Shown here piece by piece: positions 62,604 through 64,000 of a DNA stretch of 64,000 nt. Made by a program: the position numbers and the translations under genes. This DNA is from Candidatus Zhuqueibacterota bacterium (lineage in GTDB: Bacteria; Zhuqueibacterota; Zhuqueibacteria; Thermofontimicrobiales; Thermofontimicrobiaceae). Numbering within the stretch: position 1 is the stretch's first letter; every line of letters begins with the position of its first letter. The DNA lies in contig JBMOPW010000003.1 of assembly GCA_049322915.1 (NCBI GenBank), positions 21,801 to 85,800 of the forward strand. Direction: 5' to 3'. The notes beneath the pieces are model-generated. The model had not been told where the DNA came from and ran no database searches. It was given only the letters and a program-made list of their open reading frames with translations.

Positions 62604-64000
62604 ATGCATATTTTGAAAAAGATTCATGTCGCCGTAATCACAATATTTTTGATTGTCCCGGTTTCAATGTTTGGTCAGGAGAAGATGACCTTGACTCTCG
62701 ACAGGAGCATTGACCTGGCTCAAAAAAATAATCCCGAAATCAAGATGGCGGAAAAGGAATTGTCAAAAGCCAAAGCCAGTATCTGGGAGGCTTATTCCAA
62801 TATTCTGCCCCAGTTAGACGCTTCGGCTTCGTTCCAGCATTCATGGGAAATCCAGACCAGCATCATTCCCAACTTCATCAAGCCGATGATTGAGCCGTTA
62901 GCGTCCTACATTCCTGAACTTGCCGATGCCCCGGATTTTATCCCTATTTCATTCGGGCTGGAAAATACATTTGTCTATGGCGCCACTGTCTCGCAGCCGC
63001 TGTTTCTTGGCGGAGCCGGTATTGCCGGGATTCAGACGGCCTATTCAGTGAAAACCGCCGCCAAAGAAAATCTGGAGGAGAAAAAGCAAGAGCTCATTTA
63101 TCGCACCACCAACGCTTTTTACCTGTGCCTCCTCACGAAAGAGTTGATCAACGTACAGGAAGAAGCCTTTGAGCAGGCTAAAGCGAATTTCGAAAACGTC
63201 GCCAAGAAGTTCGAAGTCGGCAACGCTTCAGGATTTGATAAAATGCGGGCCGAAGTGGAAGTCGCCAACATGCGGCCGGAAGTCATCACCGCGCAGAATA
63301 ATTATAAGTCAGCCCTGACTCAATTGAAAACGATTCTGGGTCTGAATCGGGATACGGCCGTGGAAATCGAAGGTAGATTTCAATTCACTGAGGACAATTT
63401 TGGCAGCATGACGCTGGAAGAGATCCAAAAGATGGCGCTGACCAACCGCCCCATCATTTTGGCGATTGAGGCGCAAAAGAACATTTCCCGGAAGGGCATC
63501 GCGTTAGCGAGGAGCAATTTCATGCCCAAGTTATTCTTCCAAACGGATCTTTCATACATGTCCATGAAAAATGATTATGAACTGGCTCAGGATGACTTCA
63601 GCAAAGGTCTCACCTCTGCGTTCAGCCTGCAGGTACCGCTTTTCCATGGATTCCGTTCCGCCAAGCAATACCAGAAAGCCAGATTGGACTACAAGATCAT
63701 GCTGGATACTGAGAAACAGGTCTTCGACGGGGTGTCCGCCGAAGCCGAAGTGAGTTACAATAAATTTAAAGAAGCCAGACAGAAATATCTATCCGCCAGT
63801 CAAACGGTGGATCTGGCAACAGAGGCGCTTCGATTGGCCAATTTGATGTACGAAGAAGGCGCGAACACCCAACTGGATGTGCTGAATTCCCAGTTGGCGC
63901 TGACGCGGGCCAAACTGAGTCACGTCAATTCGCTGTATGAATACGAAGTCGCCCGATATCAACTGAGAAAAGTGACTGGAAAATTAAAGGGAATTCTGAA
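62604..64000 (+). CDS. TolC-family outer-membrane efflux protein; partial, 3' end beyond window
   Basis: Manual translation from ATG 62604 (GGAGG RBS): MHILKKIHVAVITIFLIVPVSMFGQE then OEP-family coiled-coil/beta-barrel repeat pattern; immediately downstream of the TetR gene. Confidence 0.8.
   Translation, partial: MHILKKIHVAVITIFLIVPVSMFGQEKMTLTLDRSIDLAQKNNPEIKMAEKELSKAKASIWEAYSNILPQLDASASFQHSWEIQTSIIPNFIKPMIEPLASYIPELADAPDFIPISFGLENTFVYGATVSQPLFLGGAGIAGIQTAYSVKTAAKENLEEKKQELIYRTTNAFYLCLLTKELINVQEEAFEQAKANFENVAKKFEVGNASGFDKMRAEVEVANMRPEVITAQNNYKSALTQLKTILGLNRDTAVEIEGRFQFTEDNFGSMTLEEIQKMALTNRPIILAIEAQKNISRKGIALARSNFMPKLFFQTDLSYMSMKNDYELAQDDFSKGLTSAFSLQVPLFHGFRSAKQYQKARLDYKIMLDTEKQVFDGVSAEAEVSYNKFKEARQKYLSASQTVDLATEALRLANLMYEEGANTQLDVLNSQLALTRAKLSHVNSLYEYEVARYQLRKVTGKLKGIL

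Overview
64-kb chromosomal window from a bacterium whose secreted proteins carry T9SS-type C-terminal sorting domains (FCB-group-like lineage). No rRNA, tRNA or CRISPR array was found. About 45 protein-coding genes lie on both strands: housekeeping and repair (hisS, ligA, rtcB plus archease, Lhr helicase, ltaE, photolyase), envelope and transport (P-type ATPase, NhaC, TetR/TolC, Amidase_3, M23 peptidase), carbohydrate-active enzymes (GH38, heparinase II/III-like, phosphodiester glycosidase, rhaA, mannose-1-P guanylyltransferase) and secreted beta-propeller/transglutaminase-like and BNR proteins. The most unusual content is two families of miniature inverted-repeat elements (108 bp and about 160 bp) in 2 and 3 copies: one copy sits in-frame inside an SRPBCC gene and splits it, one lies 18 bp upstream of rtcB, and both families are nested in a repeat hotspot at 2.6-3.4 kb. 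An AT-richer segment (about 18-31 kb, judged by eye) carries small regulator-rich operons, including an ArsR-DUF2087 regulator translationally coupled to a degenerate GIY-YIG-like protein. All calls come from manual reading of the ORF track and sequence; no database search, GC calculation or structure prediction was run, so family names are motif-based and start codons are approximate where noted.
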